64,000 nucleotides of DNA. Origin: Lama glama (Eukaryota). Shown piece by piece: positions 25,233 to 39,049 of this stretch. The stretch lies in assembly GCA_028534125.1 (NCBI GenBank), contig CM052817.1, forward strand, positions 107,944,001-108,008,000, read 5' to 3'. The notes below the pieces were generated by a model. That model ran no database searches. It was given only the letters and a program-made list of their open reading frames with translations, and was not told where the DNA came from. Numbering within the stretch: the first letter of the stretch is position 1; each line of letters opens with the position of its first letter. The translations under genes and the position numbers were made by a program.

Positions 25233-25961
25233 AATACACTATCTTTGAAAGAGACTGAAGCCACAGCATATAAAAGGAACCCCATGCCAAGAAGGTCCAG
25301 GAGAGGCGGTTCCTTCCCTCATACTGTTCCTGTTAGAAAAGCAGAGCTATTGGCAGTCCCCCAGGTGTGGTGCGTTCTTTGACTGGAAGCCCTCTACCTA
25401 CTCATCTGTTTACTTGTCCTTCAAGCAGCAGCTCCGGCCCAGCCTTGTCTGAGACTTTCTTGACGTTCAGAGACAGAATTAGGCTCATCTTCCTCTGTGA
25501 CCCTGTGCGATGCCCCCACGGCAGCCGTTACACTGACCCTGAGGGTCCCTTGGCCCGTCCTTCCCTGGCCTGGGGTTCCGCATCGTCGTATTCACAGATC
25601 CTACAGAAGTGCTTAGGGTAAAGTGCATGCGGTCACAGGGACTGAGTCAGGAACTTAAAGATGCATAGCAGAAATGTGGAGTTTCCTCCCTTTCTGATTA
25701 AAAGCAATAAATATTATTGACTGGTGTGGAAAAAATATAGCATTGGATTTTTTTTCTCGGCCTTCACTCTTCAGAACAACATATAAATAAAATTAGGAAA
25801 TCCATTTCTGTGTATCACATGTGAGTATCAACTTTGTGACATTCAAATGGGAAATGAATTGGCTTGGACTGAATAAAGCTCACGGGTACTTCCTACTAGT
25901 ACAGTAAGGGACTAAAGGTTGTTGCCTGATTTAATTAAAAACCAGATAAAATTGAAAAGTT

Positions 25962-26141
25962 GGGGAGGGTATAGCTCAAGTAGTAGAGCGCATGCTTAGC
26001 CTGCACAAGGTCCTGGGTTCAAGCCCCAGTCCCTCCTCTAAAAATAAAATAAATAAATAAAACTAATTGCCTCCCCCTGCAATAATAATAATAATAATAA
26101 TAATAACCAAATAAAGTAAATGTTTTTAAAAAGAAAGAAAA
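25962..26141 (+). mobile_element. Full-length tRNA-Ala(AGC)-derived SINE (Vic-1-like) with (TAA)n in its tail
   Basis: GGGGAGGGTATAGCTCAAGTAGTAGAGCGCATGCTTAGCCTGCACAAGGTCCTGGGTTCAAGCCCCAG with A and B boxes, an A-rich tail and TSD GAAAAGTT on both sides. Confidence 0.95.
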
Positions 26142-27519
26142 GAAAAGTTACTGTGTGGATGCCACAATATTTAGTGCAGTCTTTTCTACCAAATATTCCA
26201 CAGACGACTATTCAGAGAGAAGATCTGAAACAAAATAGCAAATAACCTGGGGGCGCTTGTACACGGTATCTTGTCTTAGAGACTCACAATCTACATTAGC
26301 TTATTAAAGCCCCTCAGAAGTCTTAAGAAAAATACATATAACTTCACAAATGTATTTCCTAAATGTGTTTGACCATTTTAACATCCCAGGGGTTAGTGTT
26401 TCTAGGGAAGAAAACACTTTTAAGCTCATTGATATAATGAACAATTTGTATCATTTTTATCTACGTCTTGAGAAAGAAAAATAAAGAGAAGGTGCTTCGG
26501 TGGAATATGGTGCTCTCCTGAAAGTTCTATTCTTCATATTAGAAAATGTTAAAATTGCACTTTCAACACAAAACTTACTCATAGGAGTTGTTGGCCTAGA
26601 GTTAGGCATCTGGGAAAGTAAACATAAAGGCAGGTCTGAAAGTCTGAGACCAATTAAAGGGGAAACGGGAAGGATCTAACAGTGATTGCTTCCAAGGAGG
26701 TAATCATTAAATAAAATAAAACAGCACTGCAGGAACAAAGGGCCACGTGAAGGGAGGAATGTGTTTGAGCTGAAATACATACACCTTTACGCTAAGTGAT
26801 ACTGACAAAGAAGATGAGTTCCAAGGACTCTCCTTGATCATCTTCCTCACCTATTTTTCCAGCCAGCAGACGCAGATTCGTGTCCTTGACCTTAGACCTT
26901 GAATGATGGGACGTCTGGAAAGAGTATTAGATCACCACAAATCAGAAACGTCTTCAGGGGTTAGAGTCTAAGCAAAAAGCTATTTTTTGAGAACAGATTG
27001 ATGACCTTCGTTTGTCAGGTCTGCCAGATGGAAGTCATAAACTGTGAATTCTCTCATTCTAGTGCATATTTTAGAAAAATATGATCTCTTAACTACCATG
27101 GAAGATTTGCAATCTTGATGTGCAGTATTCTGAAGTTATATATTTTCTTTGTTGCATTCTATATCATAACTAAACCTCTCTAAAGCACAAATGGGGATAT
27201 AATTCCCTGGAGATATTTTCAAAAAACAAAAACTAAAGAGAAATTTTGCTTTTATAGATGATACTTGCTGAAAAAGTATTGTTAAATTCTAACATTCATA
27301 AAGAGTAATCACAATGTAACAAATAGAATAGAATTGGGAAATGATATCAGAGATCTGTAGCTTTTTATTATGGGATTCTATTATTAAAAACAAAGCAAAG
27401 AAACAGCCTTTAGCAGCTTTTAAAAAGAGGAATCAGGATGCCTGGCTATCCCGGAAACTATAACCAAGAATTTACTGTCTCTTACTAACAGCTTATCAAG
27501 AATAGCTAGATTAGGAATT

Positions 27520-28010
27520 CACTCACTCAGAAATTGTTTGCTAAGCACCTATGTGGTGACCATGAGGATAAACACTAAGACTATGACAGCCTGGCAGATG
27601 CAGTTCCGGAACTCAAGAATCTTACAATCTAATGGGGAGGATAGAAAGGAAGGCAGGGAGATACATTTTTTGTAGAATGTACTCAGTGATAATTGTATGA
27701 AATATCTTCTATTGGAGGAGGTTATGAGTCAGGAAGGTTCTCAGAGAAATTGACATCTAATTTATGAACCAAGGTATGAGCAGGTTCTCGAACGATCAGG
27801 ACAAGAAGAGAAGAAGGATTAAAGCAGAGATGAGAAAACTGTGTGTGAAGCTCTAAAGGTAGGGGAAATCACGGAGAATAACAGATGGGAGCCTTCAAGA
27901 CTGACAACAGGAGACAGTGTGTGCAGCCATTGTCGTTTTCCAGTAGAAAGGTGAGTTGGGGTAAACTGAGAGAGAGGCAGAGAAGACGGAAGGAGTAGAT
28001 GTCTTTGAAA
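27520..28010. mobile_element. L2 fragment
   Basis: ATTCACTCACTCAG..TAAGCACCTATGTG..CTCAAGAATCTTACAATCTAATGGGG, typical L2 terminal motifs. Confidence 0.6.
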
Positions 28011-28114
28011 CATAGTAAGTATCAAATAGAGACCCTCTACCTCTAAGTAGTAAATGCTTTTCATGCATCGTGGTATCGATTCCTCCCAAATGTCTGTGAA
28101 GTAGTTACATTTTT

Positions 28115-29935
28115 AACGAAGATAATCTGCTTAGAACAGTTTAAGGTTCACAGCAAAATTGAGATTACCCCCTGCCCCAGGGCATACACAGCATCCCCTA
28201 CTAGCAACATCCCCACCAGATGGTACATTTGCTACAAGTGATGAACCTTATCGGTACATCATCATCACCCAAAGTTCAAAGTTTACATTAGGGTTCACTC
28301 TTGGTGGTGTACATTCTTTGGGTTTGGACAGAAGTATATGGACGTGTATTCATCATTATAGTATAATACAGGGTATTTTCACTGCCCTAAATATCCCCTG
28401 TGCTCCAACTTGTCACTCCTCCTCTTACACCAGTCCCTGGCAACCACTGTTTTTTTCACTGTCTCCACAGTTTTGCCTTTTCAAAAATGTCATATGTTGG
28501 AATCATACAGTACGTTGCCTTTTCATACTGGCTCCTTTCACTTAGTAGTATGCAATTGAGCTTCCTCCATGTCTTTTCATGTCTTGATAGCTCATTTCTT
28601 TTCAGTGCTGAATAATATTCCATTAGCCAAATGTACTGCTATTTATCCACTCACCTACTGAAGGACACCTTCCTTACTCCTTCCAAGTCTTGGCAGTTAT
28701 TAATAAAGCCCCTGTCAATACCCATGTGCAGGTTTTTGTGTGGATGTAAGTTTTCAACTCTTTTGGGTAAATACCAATGAGCATAATTGCTGGATTCTAT
28801 ATTAAAAGCATTTTTTTTTTTTTGGTAAGACTCTTCCAAGCTGTTTTCCAAGGCGGCTGTCCCATCTTGCATTTTGTATTCCCATCAGCAATGAATGAGA
28901 GTTCTTGTTGCTCCACATCCTCACCAGCATTTAGTGGTGTCAGTGTTCTGGATTTTGGCCATTCTAATAAGTGTGTCTCATTGTTTTGATTTGCATTTTC
29001 CTGATAACACATGATGTGGAGCATCTTTTCAAATGCTTAATTGCCACCCATGTATCTTCTTTGGTGAGGTGCCTGTTAAGTCCCTGGCTTATTTTCTACA
29101 TGGATTGTTTGTCTTCCTTTTTGTTTAAAGAGTTCTTTATATACTTTGGATATAAAGTATCAGATACGTCTTTTGCAAATATTTTCTCCCCATCTGTACT
29201 TGTCTTCTCAGTCTCTTGACATTGTCTTTTGCAGAACAGAAGCTTTTAATTTTTTAATGAAGACCAGCTTATCAACTGTTTCTTCCATGGATCATGTCTT
29301 TGATGTAGCTACAGGACATCACCACACCCAGGGTCATTTTGTTTTCTTCTGTGTTATCTTTTAGGAGTTTTATAGTTAAATATTTCACATTTAAGTTTGT
29401 GATCCATTTTGAGTTAATTTTTGTGAAGGGGTAAGGTCTGTGTCGAGATTCATTTTGGGGGGATTTTTTTACATGTGGATATCTAGTCATTTCAGCACTA
29501 TTTGTCAAAGACAATATTTTTGCTCCATTGTTTTGCTTTTGCTTCTTTCTCAAAGATCAATTGACTATATTTATGTGGGTCTATTTCTTGGCTTTCCATT
29601 CTGTTTAATTAATCTATTTGTGTGTTCTTTCACCAATCCAACACTGTCTTGATTCCTGTAACTTTATAAGAAGTCATGACATTGAGTAATGTCAGTCTTT
29701 CAGTTGTGTTCTTCTCTTGAATTGGGTATTCTGAGTCTTTTGCCTCTCCATGTAAGCATTGAAATGTTTGTCATTATCCACAAAACAAGTCACAGGGATC
29801 TTGACTGGCTGATATTGCACTGAGTCTATGGATTAAGTAGGGAAGAATGGACATTTTGATAATTTTGAGTCTTGCTATCCATGAGTATGGAATATTTCTC
29901 CATTTATTTAGGTTTTCCTTGATTGAGGTATATAT
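28115..29935 (-). mobile_element. Old L1 (L1MC1/2-like): 3'UTR plus decayed ORF2
   Basis: Antisense 3'UTR motif TTTACATTAGGGTTCACTCTTGGTGGTGTACATTC, and ORF2 remnants such as PFTKINSKWITNLNVK. Confidence 0.9.
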
Positions 29936-31830
29936 TTTTAAATGAAGAATATTATTTTAAAATTACCTTTAAAAGAAATTAGCAATAAGGTATCTAAGGC
30001 TCAGAGAAACTCAAGGTCACACAACTGTAAGAAACAGGATAGGGATTTCAATCCAGACTGCCTGATTCTAAAGTCCATTCACTTCACTGTTTTTTTTTTT
30101 TTAAGGACATAAGGAGTTAATTTGATGTAGAGAGTGGAGGAGGACAAGGGCTAAAGTATTGTGTTTCATTTTCTTGTTTGTATAGCTGGGTGGATAAATG
30201 CCATTCAATGAGACAGGGAATGTGGGAAGGAGAGTAGGTTGGGAAAACATGAGTTTAAGGACATGGTTTTTTTATGTATGAACCATTCTTGGGATGTACA
30301 AGTATAGGTATAATATGTATACAATAAGGATAGATGTATGCAAGTATAAAGTTTCATTAGATAGCTGAAATATACATCTGGGGTTCAGAAGAGAGAATTT
30401 AGTGGTAAATGTAACTAAGGAATTTTTATTGTAAATAGCAGTGAAAAGTCAGAATTTATTTCCATTGGTGAGGACAGAAGATTGGCATCAAATAAAAACA
30501 GTGACGAGATCAGAAATGTGTCTTGACTGATTATGGCTGGAAGGAATTGACCTATGTGGCACCTCCAAGGGCCCGTCATTCAAAAGCATGCTTTGCAAAA
30601 CACATGGGATGTCCACTCATATGTTCATTACCCCACTTAATCACTGATTCGTCTGTGACACAAATTAGTACAACAAGCTAATTCAAATGCACAATTCATT
30701 CAGAAATCCTACAACAGAGGATAGTGTGGTACAAGAATACCTTTACATTGTTCTTTGGTTTCAGATCTAGAACAAATGAGTTTAATTCTCCTCTGAGACT
30801 AGCTTCTTTATAATTATCATTTGGGGAGCGGAGTGACACAGTAAATCCACATACATTGACACAAAGGCTAGCACGATTCAAAAGGAAACTAAAGCTGTTC
30901 TATATCACAGAGGGCCAACTGATGAGGCACCCTCAAGCAAAAAAAGACTTTCCCCCAAATGAAACATGTCTGAAGATTACACGTCGACTCTTCAAGATGC
31001 CACACACACGCACACACATACAAATGTCACGCCAGTGGCAGACTTTCAGGAAATGTTTGAACTTCTGTTAAGGCAGAGGGAGTAAATATGTTACATTTGT
31101 GTTTCTTTCTTTCTTTGTTTAGATTTTGTTGCTATTGCAGAATTTTTTTAAAGGTATTATCTGCTACTGTCATTTGTCCTCTAACCCTTTGTATGCCCAT
31201 AAATAAAAGAATAATTTAAGAATACCTTAAATTACAAAAAAACCATTGATTAACTCAACCAGCTTCCTTGCTACAATTTGAATGACAGTTTTTCTCTACC
31301 AACACTAGTTTCTTTCTGACATTTCAACTTTATGTTTTTGAGTTACAGAAGAATCTGAATATGGTATTTGACTACTCTTATCCACCACCCATATCAGTGT
31401 AATTACTTTTCTTGCTGATATACAGGAAGATTTTACTCAGACCATTGCACTATTAATTACATGCTTAATGCTCTTATGCAAACAGATATCACGTCTTATG
31501 TGAGGGTTGAATACATTCATAACATTCTTGAATAAGATAAACAAATCCATTTGGGATTTCCTGTAGACTGTGGACTTGCCTTCCAAATTGGCTGGGAACC
31601 AAATACATGTGGTTACTGAAAACTACCAAGAATATTTCCTTTAATTAAAAATAAATAAAGAAAAAAATAAACAAATCTAATTACCCCCAAAAAACTAAAA
31701 AATAAAAATAATTTTTTAAAAGTAGGAAATTTATTTCATCCCAATACTCAAGCCACATTCTAAGATCTATTTCATTGATAATTAAGATGAGATTTTATCT
31801 TAAACATAATTTTTTTAAATTTCTCAGTTA

Positions 31831-31834
31831 TACA

Positions 31835-31899
<65 letters not shown>
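31831..31899. repeat. Long (CA)n microsatellite
   Basis: Direct reading: over 30 units with one interruption. Confidence 0.98.
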
Positions 31900-31902
<3 letters not shown>

Positions 31903-34089
31903 TCCTCAAATTTTACCAGAGAAAAACATAAATAAATTCAATGAGAATTTATGAGCATTTATGATATATTCATACCTTCTTTAAATTCTATGGAAAGAAA
32001 ATAAAATATTCCTCCTGAACTTACTATTTGGTGGAATAAAAGCTAATATTATTTGACAAAATAAAAACTAATATGTGTGAAGCATACAGAGATTAAGGGT
32101 TAAGAATTCAACAGAAATTGAGAGAAAAGTGAGGCAGTTGGAGCTGGAGCAATTTTATATAGTTTTATAGAGGTGACTTTGATAAGGTAGCATGAATAGA
32201 GGGCAGGAGGGACATCTTCCAGAGTGGAAGAAATTACAGGATCACACTTACTGAGCAGGGAAGACTGTGGTTGATTTTTCTGGAGAGGTGGACAAACCCC
32301 CCGGATTGCAGTGGAATAAAGCTTTACTTTCTGGTCAGTGATGATCATCAAAATAAAGAGCTATGTTTGTTAAGAGCATGGCTGTGAAAGCACAATTTAT
32401 TTGTATTTTGTAACCTTGCCTTGGCTCCGAATTTGATCCACTGCTGTAATATGACTGATCCTGTTTCTACATTATTCAGTTGCATTTTTATTTTGTGTGG
32501 CTGGACAGAAAATAGTCTGTCTTCACAACACCTCTGCAAAATAGACATTTACGTAGGGCTCCTTTCTAAAATCAGGCTGGGCTGAAATCCGATGATGAAA
32601 AAATACAATGTGTCAAAAAGATTATTATTGGTACAACTCCACCAATAGATTTGATGGTATATATTTCCCTGTAATGAAAATAAATGACAGCACTGAAGAA
32701 AGGAAACCCTTTGAAATTATTGCAATGTTGCTATTTCCCAACCCAAACAAATTCATTCTAATTTGTACACCTTTGTTTTTTGTTGCACTGAATCACCTCA
32801 TCGGTCTTGCACCGAGCTACGATTATTTCTCTTTAAGTAAATTGCAATTTTGATCTCTCCAGGCAAGGACACCTATATGATGAAGTGTTATTAGAGGTGA
32901 CAAGATGGTAATAAATATAAAATTAAGGAAGCTTTTTTAATTTTGCAGGCAGTTTTCTATTACACTTCTTGGCTACGGTACCGTAAGCTCATAGAACAAG
33001 TGGTGGCCTGGTTAATCACCAGTATGGTGGGGTAATTTGTGATGACAGGACACCACGTGTTATCATTAAACACAGTGACTCTCTCATGCCTGTCATCTCA
33101 CTTCCTTTTGTCATTCTTGTCTTCCAAATTTGAAGACTAGGCAACAATAGAAAGCAAGAATAAATAGCCAAGCCTAACATTATATAAAAGCATCAAGAAA
33201 TTTTTTTCTCATTAAGAATCTTGCAACCATAAATACTTTTCACTAAATGACATGAAATTGTCTTAATTTATAAATCATGAATGGAAACCCTATACATTTG
33301 ATTATCCACAGTGTGAAGGTGACAAAATTATAAAACAGATTCTATATAATCATAATTTTTACTACAACTAAATGTGATTCCATTAACTATGGAGGAGTCA
33401 CTAAATTGTCCAGGGCCATTCTTCACAATATTAAGCAAAAATTCATGGATAGGTTATAAATGTAAGAAAGTGAATTCTTTTAGATTTTGTATGCACTTCT
33501 TTTTTCAAAAATCATTATATGCTTTTTGATTTAATTCTGCCTTCTTCAGTCTTTGATCAGGGAGTTTAATTGCTCTACTTGGACTTTAGGGATTACAAAC
33601 ACCTGGCGCATTTCTTCAGGCAATCCAGAGACGCTGGGGACATCTACAAGGTAAGTTTCAGACCAAGCTGGCTCTGAATCCTGGCTGTATTACTTAACTA
33701 GTTATCCACTGGCAAGTTGCCTTATCTCTATAAGTCCTAACGTTCCTCAACATGAGTATTAAAGGAAGCAATCTCTCAAAGCCCTCGCATCCAGTAGGGG
33801 CATACTAAAAACGAATCACTTGTCAAACACTGTGCATCTTTGGATATTTATAAATAAATGCTAATTGTGTAGTTGAATGATAGAAAAATGTTAAGGAATA
33901 GTTTTTGGTTTTTAGTAACAAAATCGGTAAAAGAGTAGGACAAACTAATATAAGAATATATTTTTGTATCAATTAAAAAAAAAAATCCAGAATTAGGCAC
34001 ATCAGTGCTGGGGCATCAGGAAAAAGATGACAAGGACACAACCAACCATTTTCAAGGGGAAAAAAGGATGCTTGCATTTTAGAAGTTGA

Positions 34090-36310
34090 GATATTAAAAC
34101 TAGAGGATGCAACAAACGTTATGTCAATATATTTGATAATTTAAATGAAATAGACAAATTACAAGAAAAATAATAGACTCTCAAAAATAGAAAATTTTAG
34201 TAGTACAGTATTAAAATATTGATTTGATAACCAAACTCTTACCATTGTGAGAGCTTACGGCTTATGTTTTATCAGTGGTGAGTTCTAACAAATATTTGAG
34301 AAATAAATAATTTCAATTAAAAGATTGCTATACAATAGTAGAAAAAGTATTTCCTGCTGTATTTTATGAGGGTAGGGTTTTGTACGATAGTAAAATCTGA
34401 CAGTACCTATGAAAGCATGAAAAACTACTGATTATTTTCAGTAGTCAGCAGATTTGTAAATACCCTAAACAATACGTTAGAATTAAATTCATAAATACAT
34501 GCATTTTTAAGTATCTTATATTGACCAACTTTGCTTTATCCAAGTAATGTGAGAAGGTTTATTATTAGGAAATCAATTACAGCATTTTCCATATTAACTG
34601 ATTAAAGAGCAAAGCAAAACTTACAGTGATCTTACTAAAGGTAGAAAAAGCTTTTGGTAAAATTGAACATCCATAATGATGAGACTATTAAACTAGAAAA
34701 GGAAAGTAAATGTCCTTTCTCTGATAAAAAAAAATCAGCAAAAATAATTTACAGTGAGGGATCCAATGGGAAAAGGCTGAAATCTATCACTTTAAGATCC
34801 AGAAGGTGACAAATATACCATTTCTTGCCATTTGTATTGAATTATATACAGAGGTCTTGTCCAGAGTTGAGAAGAAATGAAAAGAAACCAAAAGGCTTAA
34901 AAAGGAAAACTCAAAGTTATTGGTGTAAGATGGTATAATTATGTACACAAAATAAAATAAAAATGGAGTATTAGATTTTATAAGCTAATTTAATAATTTT
35001 ATTATATATGAAATATAATGCACCTAGAAAAAAATCTAAGAAAATTTTGTATAAATCAAAGAACAGAATTGTGAAACTATATTGAGATAGATTCGATAAT
35101 TCTTAATAGATTGAGAGATATGTCTTGCTCATATATTGGATGTCTCGGTATTATTAAGACATCAACTCTCCCCAAATTTATTCACAAGTTTCAAACAATT
35201 TCACTCAATTCTAGTAGGCTTTTTTTGGTTTCTAGTGGAACATAATAAATTGATTCAAAAATTTATTAAGAAGTACAAAATGCTGAGAAGATGCTTACTG
35301 TAGAGCTAGGACAAGTTGGAAAGATAGGTCTTCTAATATTGAAGACAGTACATTATGTAAAAGAGATAAATGAGCAAATGGAACAAAATTGAAAGTTACT
35401 GCACAAATAAGTAGTCATATGATCAATAAACATGGGATAAAACTCTTCATTTCACTAATAACCAAGGAAATTTGAAACTATAAACAAAATGAGATACTGT
35501 AACACACATGCCCAATGGACACCAATTTTCAAATCAGACCTTCCCAAGGTTTGGTGAGACTTTACAACAAGAGCTGGAGAGATTCTAGAACTCTCATTCA
35601 CTATTGATAAGAGAAGATTGGCCCAACTATGTTGAAAAGCCAGTTTGGCATTATACAGTGACATTGCATGTGATCATTTTAAAAAACTCAAACAATTTTA
35701 GTCCTACGTAGTAAATCTAGGGACATTCTTGTCAGTAAGAACTGAATGATTGTGTTCCTCCTGAATTCCTATGTTGAAGTCCTCGGTCCCCAGTGTGATG
35801 GTTCAGAGGTTGGGCCATTGGAGAGTGGAGCCAACAGGAACAGGATTAGTGTCCACCTGGGAAGAGGAGACAGAGCGCTCTTCCTCTCTCCCTCTGTGTC
35901 TGCCATCTGAGGATGCAGGGAGAAGATGCAGGTCTGCACACCAGGAAGAGTCACTCACCAGTGCCTGACCACACGAAGACCTTGATCTCGAACTTCCAGC
36001 CTTCTGTTGTTTAAGACAGCTAGTCTGTGGTATTTTTGCTCCAGCAGCCTGCACTAAGGGAACTGTATCCAATACATGTAGCAGTGCTATGTTTTCAAGC
36101 CCCAAATTGGAACAGCCCAGATATTTAACATTAAAAGGAGTAAAATTATTACGCAGGCATAAATGGAATACCACAGTGCACTAAAAATGAACAACAGCTA
36201 AATGCAACCATCTGAGTGAACTTCACAAACAATATTAATTAGAAAGAAGCAAATCATAGAAGAATGGGTACTATGTAATGCCATTTCTATGATTCAAAAA
36301 CAGACAAAAC
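34090..36310 (+). mobile_element. Highly decayed ancient L1 (L1ME-like) ORF2 and 3' region
   Basis: A-rich strand with recognisable ORF2 motifs (AAATGAAATAGACAAATT, GAAAAAGCTTTTGGTAAAATTGAACATCC, CTCCCCAAATTTATTCACAAG). Confidence 0.75.
35730..36060 (+). mobile_element. MLT1A/B-type MaLR LTR inserted in the old L1
   Basis: ACTGAATGATTGTGTTCCTCC..TATGTTGAAGTCC...CCTTGATCTCGAACTTCCAGCC..TAGTCTGTGGTATTTT..AGCAGCC. Confidence 0.85.
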
Positions 36311-36906
36311 CACACACGCATGTTGTGTATGTGTTTGTATGTATGTATGTGGAAAAAGGGGTGTATGAAGTAAAATTGTCTGAAATAGGAAAGAAATGAT
36401 ATTTTCTGAGTGTGTGTATATATGTATATGTAGTGCACTATATGTATATATGTGTATTGTGTATATATATAGTATGTGTTTATGTATATATATTTTTAAA
36501 GTTTGTCTTATTTATAAGTTTTGACAAATGTATATTTTTTGCAAGGATTATGCTGCAATATTAGATTTAGAAGAGTGAAAAATGCACAAAAATTGACAAT
36601 GAAACATAAGATGAGACATTTACAAGCCTTGCCTGCACTGCTACTTCCAGGTGCTGACTATCTAAAAGTATACATACACAAAGAAAAATTCAAACACTGA
36701 CTTATAATAGTGAAAGGGAAGAAAAAATGAAAGCATGCAATGTTAACATAGGGTTGGAGTGGAAAATAGTTTGCCCTGGATGGGATCTCTTCCATGGATG
36801 AATTAAAAGTCAAAAGGAAGATGCGGTATTGTTTTGCTAGAGTAGAATTGCTCCTTTAAAAACACTCCTAGCCTTCCCTAAGCTTAAAGGCTAGTGGTTA
36901 TTTCCA

Positions 36907-37797
36907 GCTTTTATACAGCTAAGGAAAACATCAACAAAACAAAAAGACAACCTACAGAATGGGAGAAAATATTTGTAAATGATGCAATTGACAAAGGGAC
37001 TAATTTCCAAAATATACAAATAGCTCATACAGCTTAATATTAAAAAAGCAAGCAATCCAATCAAAGAATGGACTGAAGACCTAAATAGACCTTTCTCCAA
37101 AGAAGACATCCAGATGGTCAAACAAGCACATGAAAAGATGCTCAACATCACTAATTATCAGAGAAATGCAAATCAAAACTACGATGAGGTATCACCTCAC
37201 ACTGGTCAGAATGGCCATTATTAAAAAGTCTACAAACTGTAAGTGCTGGAGAGGGTGTGGAGAAAAGGGAACCCTCCTACACTGTTGGTGGGGGTGTAAA
37301 TTGATGCAGCCGTTATGGAGGACAGTACGGAAGTTCCTTAAAAAACTAAAAATAAACTTACCATATGATCCAGCAGCCCCACTCCTGGACATATATCTAG
37401 AGAAAAATATAATCCAAAAAGACTCATGCACCCCAATGTTTACAGCAGCACTATTTACAGTAGTCAAGACATGTAAACAATCCAAATGTCCATCAACAGA
37501 TGATTGGATAAAGAAGCTGTGGTATATTTATACAACGGAATACTACTCAGTCATCAAAAAGAATAAAATAATGTCATTTGCAGCAACATGGATGGACCTG
37601 GAAATCATTATTCTAAGTGAAGTAAGCCAGAAAGAGAAAAAAATACCATACGATATCACTTATATGTGGAATCCAAAAAAAAAAAAGGACACAAATGAAC
37701 TTATCCTTAAAACAGTAACAGACTCACAGGCGTGGAAAACAAACTTATGGTTAGCAGGGATTAAGGGGGTGGGAAAGAATGAACTCGGGATTCAACA
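36907..37797 (+). mobile_element. Young L1 ORF2 C-terminus and partial 3'UTR, lacking its own polyA end
   Basis: ORF 37130-37834 carries the L1 ORF2 CCHC region ([15 protein letters not shown]) and FAATWMDLE. Confidence 0.95.
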
Positions 37798-37799
37798 AT

Positions 37800-37955
37800 T
37801 GTACCTCTTGGGGAGTGATGGAAATGTTAGCTAATTTGATTGTGGGTGTGGTTTCATGGGTGTAAACATCTATCAAAGTTCATCAAATTGTACATCTGAA
37901 GCATGTGTAGTTTACTGTACAGGAACCGTACCACAATAAAGATGTTAAAAAAAGT
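37800..37955 (+). mobile_element. Ancient L1M 3' terminus
   Basis: GGGAGTGATGGAAATGTT..GATTGTGGGTGTGGTTTCATGGGTGTA..TCAAAGTTCATCAAATTGTAC..CAATAAAG. Confidence 0.8.
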
Positions 37956-38643
37956 TACAGACAGAAGGACAGAGCTACAAAAATCAAGCAGACACAAGCA
38001 TTCACACGGTGCAGCCGTCTGGGAGTATTCTGTGTAGACACAAATGGCTTTCTAACTTTAACAGTTCCTTCCAGGAGAACCAGTCTTTACACCTGTAGAA
38101 ATATTGATGGTGATCAGCAGTGATTTAGTAACATTTCCATGGTGCTGATCCCATTGTGATTGAAAAGTCAGCAAACACGATGTATTGTAATAAAATAGCC
38201 ACAAATATTGTATGACAAAAAGAACAGGGGCGAGTGCTTAATAAGGTTAGCTTAGGTCATCTGAACAGTGTCAGCTCGTGAATATACGAATGTGAAGGGG
38301 TCTGGATACCTTAGGACTACTCACTACAGAAGAGGAAATTAGAGACCGGAGATGAGTACGGAGGTCCTCGAGGTCATTGTGCAAATGAATCAAAGTTAGT
38401 TTTAGATATCAAATCTCAGTTCCCTGTATTTGCACCCACTATGTGACGTCCCCAAATTACGGACAAAGGATGTGTGATTAGATTCATACTTATCCTACAT
38501 AGTGAAGACAAGAATAAAAAAAAATACGATAATATTAAAAGCTGATATTAATGAATGCTAGTGATTAAGCCAGGCTAGCTACCACTATAAGCCTTGTAGG
38601 ACTACCCACTCCTTTCATATTTATAAAAACTCTCCGAGTCACT

Positions 38644-38935
38644 GGATTAGTTGTGTACTTCTGCAAAACAAGTCAGCCCCAAACCTCTGAAGCTTAAAAC
38701 TTACGTCCGTTTTCTCTGTCAGTGATGTGGTGATGTAGCCCCTTGGCCTGTTCTCATTTGAGGCTGAGGTGATTATATTCATTTGGGGTTGGAAGGAGGC
38801 TGTTTTGTTTAAAATGGCATCATCTGTGTGTCTGGCGAGTGAGGGCTGTGAGCAGGCCCTGGTGGCTCCAGTAGCTGGTCTGCGGTCTACAGAGGGCAGC
38901 CATCATCTCAGAGGCAAGTTCCAACACACAGGCTC
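38644..38935 (-). mobile_element. Old MLT1-type LTR fragment
   Basis: ATTAGTT..AACAAGTCAGCCCCAAACCTCTGAAGCTTAAAAC..AAATGGCATCATCTGTGTGTCTGGC. Confidence 0.5.
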
Positions 38936-39049
38936 TTTTTGTTCTTTTTTGGATATTTTGTATAATGATGGGTCTCTTATCAAATTACTCAGCTTTACTA
39001 GAATTCTAAGGATCAGAATCTTGTTCTTTAGAAAATCAGCCTTCTTTAA

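Noticed and set aside
25962..26037. Possible tRNA-Ala(AGC) gene
   Set aside because: The acceptor stem has two mismatches, and it carries a SINE tail and TSD. Sibling copies occur at 1806 and 25132.
37130..37834. 234-aa ORF, the longest real ORF in the window
   Set aside because: C-terminal fragment of L1 ORF2 in a 5'-truncated copy, with no endonuclease or RT domain and no promoter.
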